Shown one piece after another: positions 9,741-18,957 of a DNA stretch of 64,000 nucleotides (position 1 is the first letter of the stretch; every line of letters begins with the position of its first letter). Source of the stretch: an uncultured Acidobacteriaceae bacterium (GTDB lineage: Bacteria > Acidobacteriota > Terriglobia > Terriglobales > Acidobacteriaceae); contig CAVYVM010000003.1 in the NCBI GenBank assembly GCA_963771965.1, forward strand, positions 43,381 to 107,380, written 5' to 3'. Below the pieces are notes generated by a model. The model was not told where the DNA came from, did not search any database, and saw nothing but the letters and a program-made list of their open reading frames with translations. The translations under genes and the position numbers were made by a program.

Positions 9741-10625
9741 TTATCGTTCCCCCCACTTAAGCTTGGTGCGCAGAACATGGAAGAAGTCGGTGCTGGTTCG
9801 AAACAAACTAACTTTGTGTTCGGACCGCCAGCACCGAACCCTGTCGCCATCTCTCAGATCGAGGCCCGGTTGACCATCCATGCTGAGGTATGCAACTTCC
9901 TCGTCGCTGCGGAGCAGGATCTCGACCATAGCTGAATCCGGCACGACCAGCGGACGATGCGTAAGAGAATGCGGAGCCACCGGTGTGATCACAAACGCAT
10001 TCACCGTCGGCATGACCACCGGACCGCCTGCCGAAAGCGAGTAAGCGGTCGAACCTGTCGGGGTCGCAACGATCATTCCGTCAGCGCGATAATTTGTGAC
10101 AAATGCGCCATCGACAAACAACTCATAAGTATTGAGGCGAGCCAGAGCGGTCTTGTTCACTACGACGTCATTAAAAGCCAAATAGCTTCCCAGCGTCGTG
10201 TCGCCTCTGAGTAATTCGCAACGCATGAGCGTGCGCTTCTCCACAGGGGCCTTCCCCTGCGAGATCGTGTCCAGCATTGAGAATAGCGAGGAAAGTGGAA
10301 CGTCTGTAAGAAAACCCAGCGAGCCTAGATTCACGCCGAGCAAAGGCGCGTCCATGGCCGCGGTCGCTCGAACCGCGGAGAGTAAAGTGCCATCGCCACC
10401 GAAAACGACGACCAGATCCAACGATTGCGAGAACATCTGCGCGCGGGGCACTTCTTCCTGTCGCCGGTCACAATACTTCGCCGTTTCAGGATCGACGATG
10501 ACTCGATACTCGTGAGCGTTAAGCCATGCCAAAAGTTCGGGGATAACACGCTCAAGCGCCGGCCGCGCCGAACGCGAGATGACAGCTGCAGTCTTTGGTC
10601 GGGAAGAAGTTTGAGAGCTTGTCAT
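9741..10625 (-). CDS. nadK: NAD kinase
   Basis: GGDGTLL, NLGSLGFLT, GMIVATPTGSTAYSLSAGGP motifs. Start at the internal ATG (MTSSQ). Confidence 0.9.
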   Translation of the reverse strand: MTSSQTSSRPKTAAVISRSARPALERVIPELLAWLNAHEYRVIVDPETAKYCDRRQEEVPRAQMFSQSLDLVVVFGGDGTLLSAVRATAAMDAPLLGVNLGSLGFLTDVPLSSLFSMLDTISQGKAPVEKRTLMRCELLRGDTTLGSYLAFNDVVVNKTALARLNTYELFVDGAFVTNYRADGMIVATPTGSTAYSLSAGGPVVMPTVNAFVITPVAPHSLTHRPLVVPDSAMVEILLRSDEEVAYLSMDGQPGLDLRDGDRVRCWRSEHKVSLFRTSTDFFHVLRTKLKWGER

Positions 10626-10695
10626 AGACAAAGGGAAATTGTACAGAATCCGAGGAAAGAAACACTCGATTGGGAGAGATAAGAACACAAAAGCA

Positions 10696-11445
10696 TCAAA
10701 AGCTCCCCAGAAGAAGAAATTCGCGATTCCCTTCCGTGCCTAGAATCGGAGACTCTATGACATCGGTGTAGGCACAACCGAGGTCGAGCAGCGCGGTCTT
10801 CACTCTTTCAACCGCGGCGAGTTGCGCCGCTTCGTCTCGCACAATGCCGCCCTTACCGACGAATTCCCTTCCCGCCTCGAACTGCGGCTTCACCAGGACC
10901 ACTATCTGCCTGCCTCGGCGTTCACCAGCAAATTGAGGGAACGCGGCATTCACAACCGGAGGAAGAATGAGTGTAGCGGAGATAAACGCAACATCCATGA
11001 CGACGAGGTCAACGGTCTCACCGATCATCTCTCTCGTCACATACCGGGCATTCGTTTTTTCCAGCAAGCGCACGCGGGCATCCTGACGCAATTTGAAATC
11101 CAACTGCCCGTATCCGGTGTCGATCGCAATGACCCGGCTGACGCCGCGTTGCAGCAGGCAATCGGTAAATCCGCCAGTGGAAGCACCGACATCGAGACAG
11201 GTTTTGTGCCCGACATCGATCGACCAGTGTTCGAGAGCGCGTTCGAGCTTAAGACCGCCGCGGCTGACGTACTTCAGATCTTCGCCGAGCAGGCGGACCT
11301 CTGCGTCCGCAATAACCTGTGCGCCGGCTTTTTCGAATTTCTGATCGTTGACCAGAACTTTCCCCGCGAGAATTAGAGCCTGTGCGCGCTCGCGTGAAGC
11401 CGCAAGTCCACGTTCAACCAGAAGTTTATCGAGTCTCAGTTTCAA
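10696..11445 (-). CDS. tlyA: TlyA family rRNA 2'-O-methyltransferase
   Basis: S4-like N-terminus (RLDKLLVERGLAASRERA) and an FtsJ-type MTase (LDVGASTGGFTD). Start uncertain: TTG at 11445 was chosen, and the ORF is open to 11526. Confidence 0.8.
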   Translation of the reverse strand: MKLRLDKLLVERGLAASRERAQALILAGKVLVNDQKFEKAGAQVIADAEVRLLGEDLKYVSRGGLKLERALEHWSIDVGHKTCLDVGASTGGFTDCLLQRGVSRVIAIDTGYGQLDFKLRQDARVRLLEKTNARYVTREMIGETVDLVVMDVAFISATLILPPVVNAAFPQFAGERRGRQIVVLVKPQFEAGREFVGKGGIVRDEAAQLAAVERVKTALLDLGCAYTDVIESPILGTEGNREFLLLGSF

Positions 11446-11695
11446 GTTTGGCCCAGAACAAATCTTACTGGCAAGCTGCGACTCTGCGTTCGCACCACGA
11501 TAGTGCCAGCACCCGATGCGGTGCAAAATGCTGAACCATCTCGTGCTGAATCACTTACAAAGATACTGTCGTGCTTTTCCACAGAATTTTCCACCTCTGT
11601 GTTGAAAACTTTTTGACGCGATGCTCCGAGAGGACATACGCATGGAAAAAGAAAAGCCGCCCGTGAAGGGCGGCACGAATCTTCCAGAGCGCAAC

Positions 11696-12445
11696 CTATC
11701 CGGCAACTTCTTCCAGAAGTTTCTCGTCGATATCGAAATTGGAGTGAACGTTCTGCACATCGTCCTGATCTTCGAGCGCTTCCATCAGCCGGATCATGGT
11801 ATTGGCAGCCTGACCCTCCAGCTTGATGTAGTTCTGCGGAATCATAGCTACGCTGGACGACGCAGGCTCAATCCCAGCTTTCTTCACCGCTTCGAGCACA
11901 GCTTCAAAGGCGTAGGGCTCGGTCAGGATCTCCCAATTCTCGCCATCGTCGTTCAAATCTTCCCCGCCGGCTTCGAGAACGATGTTCATCAGGTCGTCCT
12001 CTTTCGCAGCGCTTTTCGGAATAACAATGTCGCCCTTCTTGTGGAACATCCAGGAGACCGCGCCGGCTTCGGCCATGTTGCCGCCGTTCTTGCCGAAGCA
12101 GTGGCGAATTTCGCTCACTGTACGATTGCGGTTGTCGGTGTTGATGTCGAGCAAAATCGCGACTCCACCAGGACCGTAACCCTCGAGCGAGAACTCTTCG
12201 TAAGTGGCCCCGGGCAGTTCTCCAGTACCGCGCTGAATTGCCCGCTTGATGTTGTCGGCCGGCATATTTTCAGCTTTGGCGGCAACGATAGCGCCACGCA
12301 GTCGAGGATTCGAATCAGGATCGCCGCCGCCATTCTTCGCGGCAATGCTGATTTCCTTAATAAGCCGGGTGAATATCTTGCCGCGCTTGGCGTCGAGCGC
12401 GCCCTTCTTATGCTTGATTGTGGCCCATTTTGAATGGCCAGACAT
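11696..12445 (-). CDS. yebC: YebC/PmpR family DNA-binding regulator
   Basis: [22 protein letters not shown]-terminus is diagnostic. Confidence 0.9.
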   Translation of the reverse strand: MSGHSKWATIKHKKGALDAKRGKIFTRLIKEISIAAKNGGGDPDSNPRLRGAIVAAKAENMPADNIKRAIQRGTGELPGATYEEFSLEGYGPGGVAILLDINTDNRNRTVSEIRHCFGKNGGNMAEAGAVSWMFHKKGDIVIPKSAAKEDDLMNIVLEAGGEDLNDDGENWEILTEPYAFEAVLEAVKKAGIEPASSSVAMIPQNYIKLEGQAANTMIRLMEALEDQDDVQNVHSNFDIDEKLLEEVAG

Positions 12446-12694
12446 GACTAGACCTCGTATCTAAGGATCTTGATTGATGCGGAATTCGCCGAAGAAATCA
12501 CAGATTACCTCGACAAATATGCAGGCGAATACAGATTATAACACGACACCATTCCGCAGGTTGCCGCTCTTTCAGATGATAAACAGCCGACACTGCCGCG
12601 GCAAGCTCTTCGCGCCAAATCTACCTCTCTAATCTGTTACTTTCGGTATTGACGCCAAGGCATCGCCGCCCTAACATGCCAACCGGGGTGTGCT

Positions 12695-15259
12695 GTGCAG
12701 GACAACAGCCAGGTCATAGGTCACTACCGGGTCATCGAGAAAATCGGCTCCGGAGCCATGGGCGAGGTTTTCCGGGCGCGTGACGAGAGACTCGGACGGG
12801 ATGTAGCCCTGAAGTTGATCCGGCCCTCCTCGAACGAAAACCCCGATCATCTTCGCCGCTTCGAACTGGAAGCCCGCGCTGCAGCTTCGCTGAATCATCC
12901 CAACATCGTTGCTATTTATGACGTCGGATTCACTGACGGCATTCCTTATATTGTCTGCGAATTGCTGGAAGGCAAGACCTTACGCAAACTCTTGTTGGAG
13001 GGCGCGCTTAGCCTTCGGCTTACTGTCGATTACGCGCTGCAGATTTCGCAAGGCCTCATCGCGGCGCATGATCGCCGCATCGTTCATCGCGATCTTAAGC
13101 CGGAAAATCTGTTCGTGACCATCGACGGCCGCTTGAAGATTCTCGACTTCGGCGTCGCTAAACTGCAGCCCATGTCGGAAGAGGCTGGCCGCACTTTGGA
13201 GGAGTTGACTACTGTAACGAAGAGCGGCGCCGTTGTCGGTACCGTCGCCTACATGTCTCCCGAGCAGTTGCGGAGCAAGGCTGTCGACCACCGCAGCGAT
13301 ATCTTCAGCATGGGTGCGATTCTTTACGAGATGCTGACCGGCCATCGTGCTTTTCAAGGCGAAACGGAAGTCGACACCATGACCGCGGTTTTACTGGAAG
13401 AGCCTCCGGAAGTGGACCTAGAACAGGCCAATATTCCCGTCTCGTTCCAACAAATCGTGCGCCACTGCCTGGAGAAAGATCCTGAGAATCGCTTTCAATC
13501 CGCCCGCGATCTCGCGTTTGCTTTAGAAACTCTCTCCGATGCTGCCCCTATTCGGACAAAACGTACCCTCCCGGTTCGGCCGAGAGGGCGCACTATTCCG
13601 TGGGCTGTTGCCGGGGTGTTCTTATTGGTTACACTGTTTCTATTGGCCGACCTATGGCGGGGACGTAAGCAGTTTCCGACCTACCATCATGTAACGTTTG
13701 AGCAAGGGACCGTCTTTTCGGCGCGGTTTGCGCCGGATTTTCGCTCGATTGTGTACGGCGCCGCCTGGAATGGCAGTCCGAAGCAGCTTTACTCGACCGT
13801 CGCAAATTCCTTTCTGCCCCAGCCCCTTTTACTTTCTGACGCCATTCTGCTCGCGGTTTCGCGCAACGGCGAATTGGCGCTTACGCTCCGTAGCGGCCGC
13901 GGAGCGCATCTGTTGACGCAAGGGGGCACGCTTGGCACGGCACCGCTTGCCGGAGGTTCTCCGCGCGAGGAACTCGATAATGTTCCCTCCGCAGATTGGG
14001 ATGAAAGCGATCAACTGGCTGTGGTTCATCACGTTGACGGCCAGGATCAAATTGAGTATCCGATTGGCCACGTTTTGTTCCGGGCCAAGAGAGGCACGAT
14101 CAGTCATCTCCGGCTTTCTCCGCAAGGCAACAAGATCGCGTTCATGGATCATCCGATGCAGTGGGATGATGGCGGCTGGGTCGACGTCATTGATCTGCAG
14201 GGTCATGTCAGCGTGCTAACGCCGCAGTGGGATTCCGAAGATGGACTGGCGTGGAGTGCCGATGGGAAAGAGATCTGGTTTACTGCCGCTGAAAGCGGAA
14301 CAAACCGAACTCTTTTTGCGGTCGACCTGGCAGCGCATATGCGGACGATCCTGACCTCCCCGGGTGGAATGACGCTACAGGACATAGCCCCGGATGGCCG
14401 CGTCCTGGTCAGTTTTGACGCAGAGCGTCTTGCCTTGGCCACCATGGCCCGAGGCGATTCGAAGCCTGTGGATCTTTCCTGGCACGATTGGAATGTTGCC
14501 AAAGATATTTCGTCCGACGGACAGTCGATCCTGTTCGAGGATGACAGTGAAATTGCCGGGCATATGTTTTCAAGTGCCATTCGCAAAATCGACGGTACGC
14601 CGCCGGTGAATCTTTCGGGAGGAAGCCCCAGTAAACTATCTCCGGACGGAAAATGGGTGATTTCCATCGTGCTGGGCAAGCCGGGAAGAGTATCTCTCGT
14701 CCCCATTGGTGTTGGTCAACCCCACATAATTCCACTGCCCGAGTTCGAGGAAATTCACAACGATACCGATCGCTTCTTGCAAGACGGAAAACATTTCACC
14801 ATCAACGCTAACGAGCCCGGTCACGCCGTACGAACGTACGTAGTAGATTTGGACGGCAAGAACGCCACACCGATCACGCCGGAAGGGACAACCGGCATCT
14901 TAATCTCGCCCGACGGCAAGTATATTTTTCGAATGGACAATTCGGGACTACTCTCCATTTACTCGACCACCGGAGGGGCGGGCCGTCGCATTCCCGATCT
15001 CGAAGCTGGTTTCTTTCCTGTCCAATGGTCCGAGGATCAGTCCTCCATTTACGGTTATTTTTCCGACCAAATTCCGACAAAGGTCTACAAAGTGAACGTG
15101 ACGACGGGCAAGAAAACCCTTGTGCAGGAGTTGCAGCCCGAAACCATCGCAGGCGCGGTCACGATCACCTCGGTGTGCGTAAACCGTGATGGCTCGCGCT
15201 TCGCTTACAGCAACTACCAAGTCCTCTCCGATCTTTACATAATCTCGGGCCTGCGCTAG
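12695..15259 (+). CDS. membrane Ser/Thr protein kinase with C-terminal TolB/WD40-like beta-propeller
   Basis: Complete kinase domain (GSGAMGEV, VALKL, HRDLKPEN, DFG, SPEQ), one TM segment (WAVAGVFLLVTLFLLADL), and repeated S.DG / SPDGK propeller blades. GTG start. Confidence 0.85.
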   Translation: MQDNSQVIGHYRVIEKIGSGAMGEVFRARDERLGRDVALKLIRPSSNENPDHLRRFELEARAAASLNHPNIVAIYDVGFTDGIPYIVCELLEGKTLRKLLLEGALSLRLTVDYALQISQGLIAAHDRRIVHRDLKPENLFVTIDGRLKILDFGVAKLQPMSEEAGRTLEELTTVTKSGAVVGTVAYMSPEQLRSKAVDHRSDIFSMGAILYEMLTGHRAFQGETEVDTMTAVLLEEPPEVDLEQANIPVSFQQIVRHCLEKDPENRFQSARDLAFALETLSDAAPIRTKRTLPVRPRGRTIPWAVAGVFLLVTLFLLADLWRGRKQFPTYHHVTFEQGTVFSARFAPDFRSIVYGAAWNGSPKQLYSTVANSFLPQPLLLSDAILLAVSRNGELALTLRSGRGAHLLTQGGTLGTAPLAGGSPREELDNVPSADWDESDQLAVVHHVDGQDQIEYPIGHVLFRAKRGTISHLRLSPQGNKIAFMDHPMQWDDGGWVDVIDLQGHVSVLTPQWDSEDGLAWSADGKEIWFTAAESGTNRTLFAVDLAAHMRTILTSPGGMTLQDIAPDGRVLVSFDAERLALATMARGDSKPVDLSWHDWNVAKDISSDGQSILFEDDSEIAGHMFSSAIRKIDGTPPVNLSGGSPSKLSPDGKWVISIVLGKPGRVSLVPIGVGQPHIIPLPEFEEIHNDTDRFLQDGKHFTINANEPGHAVRTYVVDLDGKNATPITPEGTTGILISPDGKYIFRMDNSGLLSIYSTTGGAGRRIPDLEAGFFPVQWSEDQSSIYGYFSDQIPTKVYKVNVTTGKKTLVQELQPETIAGAVTITSVCVNRDGSRFAYSNYQVLSDLYIISGLR

Positions 15260-15322
15260 CGCAGGCTGTTAAAGTGGCCAAGGTATTCGAGAGTCAAGCG
15301 GGCAATGAAATTGTCTCGGGGA

Positions 15323-15351
15323 CCGCGCCGCAATCTGCGTCTGCGGCGCGG
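15323..15351. terminator. GC-rich hairpin between convergent genes
   Basis: CCGCGCCGCA / TGCGGCGCGG 10-bp stem followed by CCTTTCCTC. Confidence 0.55.
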
Positions 15352-15398
15352 CCTTTCCTCTATCGGTCTGGCTATCCATGTAAACCGCGTCGTGTCTC

Positions 15399-16508
15399 CT
15401 ACTTGTGAAGCCATCCATTTAAAGTAAAGCGGCTGTCAGCGAAGGCTTCCGATGGGCACTCAACCTGCGTAATCTCATGCAATACCGAGCATGGGAAGAA
15501 CACGATCTGGTTCTGCAGCGGGACGATTGATTCGTAGCTGCCGGTCGGAGAGTTCCAACGCGAATTATGGAGGCGCAGTTCGCCACCCCCAAACTGGCGT
15601 GGCTCACGGTAGAAAAAATAAACGAAGGTGATGCGACGGGAAGAAATTGTTTCCTGCCCATTATCGATGTGATGGCTGAAAAAATCTCCATCATTGCTGG
15701 CCGTGATCTGAGCCTCCGTTCGCGCAACCGGGAACTCTTCGATTCCGAGACGATCAAATACTCCTGGGAGCACGCACCGAATTCGTTGCAGGATTACCTC
15801 CTGGTGTTTTCCCAAGTCCATAAGCACACGCGAACGGCGATGCTCGTAGTCGATCACTCCCCCGCTCGCATTGGGTGAAAGTACCTCGCTATTTTGGAAT
15901 TCGGCCTCATGCTGCAGTGCATAACAGATCAGTTCTCCGAGTTCTTGAGGGGCCAGGAACTCCTCTAGGACCACGTATCGCGGACGCTCCATCCCAGGCA
16001 TGCCCGAAACAGTGACGCTGCTGTGCGGGTTTATCATGCCTCGTACTGGCTCCTGGGTCGTTCCACCACCCGGAGGCATAGGACCGGGAGGGACAGGCAA
16101 ATCTTCATCGGGGCGTACTCCCGGCTTAGGAGACTTGGGACTGACAGGTAACTCCTTTCCCGGTGCCGGTCGGGCTGGCTGCGGTGGGCCCGGTGGCTTG
16201 GGAGTTTTGTCTGTCGCGAAGATAGGTGTGGTGTCGTGACTCTTGGTCATAACACCGCCGCTGGCCAGTATCTGCTCCACAATGCTGCTACCCAGCAACG
16301 TGAAGGCGCGTTGAGCTACCGTTTCACCCACTGAACGTGCTATGGTCGCCGTGACAGCAGACTGAATTTCTGGATTGCTGCCTGGCGTTTTGGCATTTTG
16401 CAGGAGACGGGTCAACAATTGCCGCTCCTGCGAGCTCAGGATTCGTTCATCCTGGATTAGCGTTTGGGAAAATGAATCGAGGATCTGCTTCGCCGTCATG
16501 GGACACAC
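15399..16508 (-). CDS. 2OG-Fe(II) oxygenase family protein with proline-rich linker
   Basis: The C-terminal half has HHIDN...RITFVYFF...GGEL...FFPCSVLHEI, a prolyl-hydroxylase-like HxD...H fold. The middle is a P/G-rich low-complexity stretch. Confidence 0.65.
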   Translation of the reverse strand: MCPMTAKQILDSFSQTLIQDERILSSQERQLLTRLLQNAKTPGSNPEIQSAVTATIARSVGETVAQRAFTLLGSSIVEQILASGGVMTKSHDTTPIFATDKTPKPPGPPQPARPAPGKELPVSPKSPKPGVRPDEDLPVPPGPMPPGGGTTQEPVRGMINPHSSVTVSGMPGMERPRYVVLEEFLAPQELGELICYALQHEAEFQNSEVLSPNASGGVIDYEHRRSRVLMDLGKHQEVILQRIRCVLPGVFDRLGIEEFPVARTEAQITASNDGDFFSHHIDNGQETISSRRITFVYFFYREPRQFGGGELRLHNSRWNSPTGSYESIVPLQNQIVFFPCSVLHEITQVECPSEAFADSRFTLNGWLHK

Positions 16509-16663
16509 TCCTACCCTTATCTACTCGAACCCTCTTTGGGTTCCGGTTAGGCGAATCGGGAAGCAGCTTTCGCGAGACAGTACCATCAAGCGGAAGGATT
16601 TTCAAACGAATTTTTTGGTTCAATATAAGTCGGTAAACGTGGGGTCTTGCAAGCCGGAAGACT

Positions 16664-17359
16664 TTATCGGCTCGCCATCGCGCCCACCATCGAGTGGAAA
16701 ATCTTCATCCCGTCGGTGCATCCGAGCTCCGGTTCGGCGGACCGTTCGGGATGAGGCATCATCCCAACGACGTTTCCGCCCTCACTGCAGATACCCGCGA
16801 TGTTGTCCAGCGAACCGTTCGGATTTGCGGAAGTAGAAACTTCACCGGCCGGTGTCACATAGCGGAATACGATCTGGTTATTACGACGCAACTCGTCTAG
16901 TGACTTGGGCTCACAGAAATAATTCCCTTCCATGTGTCCAATGGGAATCGTCAATACTTCTCCCTGCGAACAAGCGTTGGTAAAAGGAGTCGCGGCATTC
17001 TCTACCCGCACCTGCACCGGCTTGCAAACATATTTCAATCCCGTGTTCCGCATGAGAGCTCCCGGCAATAGCCCGGATTCACAAAGGATTTGGAATCCGT
17101 TGCAAATTCCCAACACCATACCGCCGCTCTCGGCAAACCGGCGCACCGATTCCATCACCGGAGAAAACTTCGCAATTGCCCCCGTCCTCAAGTAGTCTCC
17201 ATACGCAAAGCCTCCCGGGACAATGATGGCGTCGCAATTCTGCAGATCGTGCGATTCGTGCCACAAAAAAGTCACCGGCTGCTTCGCTACCTGCTGGATG
17301 GTCCAGTAAGCATCGTGGTCGCAATTGGAACCGGGAAAGATGATGACTCCGAATTTCAT
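16664..17359 (-). CDS. purQ: phosphoribosylformylglycinamidine synthase subunit PurQ
   Basis: [36 protein letters not shown] glutaminase motifs. Confidence 0.9.
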   Translation of the reverse strand: MKFGVIIFPGSNCDHDAYWTIQQVAKQPVTFLWHESHDLQNCDAIIVPGGFAYGDYLRTGAIAKFSPVMESVRRFAESGGMVLGICNGFQILCESGLLPGALMRNTGLKYVCKPVQVRVENAATPFTNACSQGEVLTIPIGHMEGNYFCEPKSLDELRRNNQIVFRYVTPAGEVSTSANPNGSLDNIAGICSEGGNVVGMMPHPERSAEPELGCTDGMKIFHSMVGAMASR

Positions 17360-17446
17360 CGCCTATCCATAAATTATGGGATTTAAAAGCAGTTTAACAT
17401 GTTGCGTTTTAGCCAGTTCGCAACCGGGGATCCGGTTAGCTAATTT

Positions 17447-18349
17447 CTAGTGAGCCACAACGTCCGAATTTGGCAATGGCAATGACGATGACGGATTCGA
17501 TGGAGATGGATTGACTAGTGGCGTTACGGATGGTGAGAGAATCGGGGCTAGGTCTTGCGAACTGTTTGCGGCCGGTTCGGGTGAGAGCGGGTTGGGGCCT
17601 TGTCCAGGCGTTGCCAATTCCGTATTTGAGTTCTGAGGCGGAATCCCTTTGGCCCTCACAATGGCCCAATGCCATTCCTGGTCAGGAAACATCGCAAAGT
17701 TCAGCGAAGTGCGAAAGATCGCGGTCGCGGTTGGAGCCGCGGTCCCTTTTACTTTCAATAAAAGGGTTACATCCGGCTGCTTCTGAGACGAGTCCTGCCC
17801 GGTCCGCTCGGAACTGCCCGCTACAGCCGGAACAATTCGCGCCGCACCGAAATAGCCCGCGCTCGTCTCCGGACGTCGAATGATCGTCAGGCCGATCATC
17901 ACCTCGCGAAGATCCCAGGAGGTTCCGTTGTGAATTGCGACCTGCAGCAAATCTCCCTCGATCGTAGCCGGGCCTTCGAGTTTGGCCAATTCGCTGCGCG
18001 GCAACTCATCCACCTGCAGCGAGTCGGAGAGCAGAGAACTCGTCTTAGCACTAAACGATAGGCTGCACGTGACGTCGGGCGACGAGACCTTGAAATTCTT
18101 CCCGCCGGGATCGAATGAGAACACCATCGACGAACCCGACTTGTGATGGCTTTCCGCATCGTCCATCACCTTGGAGATGTTGTCGTTGTCGATGACTGCT
18201 TCGGACGCCTGGGGCTTCCGAAGACTTCGCGCCACGTCGCCTAATGGCGTCTCATCCTCCTGAGCACAAAGTTGCAGAGGCAGCCCCAACAGAAGCAATC
18301 CTAAGAGCACGAGGCCCAAACGGAAGCGAATTCGTAGGTATGTTCTCAC
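17447..18349 (-). CDS. hypothetical secreted protein
   Basis: Signal-peptide-like N-terminus (LVLLGLLLLGLPLQLCAQ). Pro/Ser-rich C-terminus. No family recognised. Confidence 0.45.
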   Translation of the reverse strand: MRTYLRIRFRLGLVLLGLLLLGLPLQLCAQEDETPLGDVARSLRKPQASEAVIDNDNISKVMDDAESHHKSGSSMVFSFDPGGKNFKVSSPDVTCSLSFSAKTSSLLSDSLQVDELPRSELAKLEGPATIEGDLLQVAIHNGTSWDLREVMIGLTIIRRPETSAGYFGAARIVPAVAGSSERTGQDSSQKQPDVTLLLKVKGTAAPTATAIFRTSLNFAMFPDQEWHWAIVRAKGIPPQNSNTELATPGQGPNPLSPEPAANSSQDLAPILSPSVTPLVNPSPSNPSSSLPLPNSDVVAH

Positions 18350-18957
18350 TGGACGATTGCAAAAACTTGCGATCCCGCCTGGGGCACGACAAATTCCTCA
18401 GAGCCGCAATCCTCAACTGCGCACCCAAATTGATTACCTCAGTGCGCACAAGGGTTACTTCTACGATTGTAGTGAGAGCACCGAACAAAGAAGAGATAAC
18501 TCAAGCAAACCTAGGGACTAGCACTTCTGCGCAACGGACGAAATCAGCCGCAATCGAGCGATTGCCGCCTACCCCGAACCAAGATCGTAACCAGAAATGA
18601 AGAAATAGGGCGCACGCTGACGAAATGGTTGCGCAACGGGACGCGCGCCCTAAACTTTAGCTTAAAGCTACAACAGGCCAGAAGTTCGCAACCTCGTGAC
18701 CGGATCGACTACAGGTTGCCGACGGAATACCCAGCGAGCCACCGCAAAGCCTAGCGCCGCGTAACACAGATGCATCAACCTCATAGTCACCCCCAAAACA
18801 TCTGAATCGGCCATCACCTCAGGGGGAGGATCAGCATCACTATCGGGAACATATCAGTGCTAAGTCGGCTGTACAAGGCACATCCGTGCCAGCGAAGTGG
18901 CACGGAAGTAGGAGGAGTCGTGCGCGCGCCCGCTCACAGAAGCGCCCATCCCTATGC

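Noticed and set aside
18350-18957. A roughly 600-bp gene-free stretch between two minus-strand genes, inspected for tRNA, sRNA or small genes.
   Set aside because: Only a candidate terminator hairpin for the BNR gene (CCGTGCC-N8-GGCACGG, 18884-18905) and a GC stem at about 18608-18643 were seen. There is no cloverleaf or known RNA motif. It is left unannotated.
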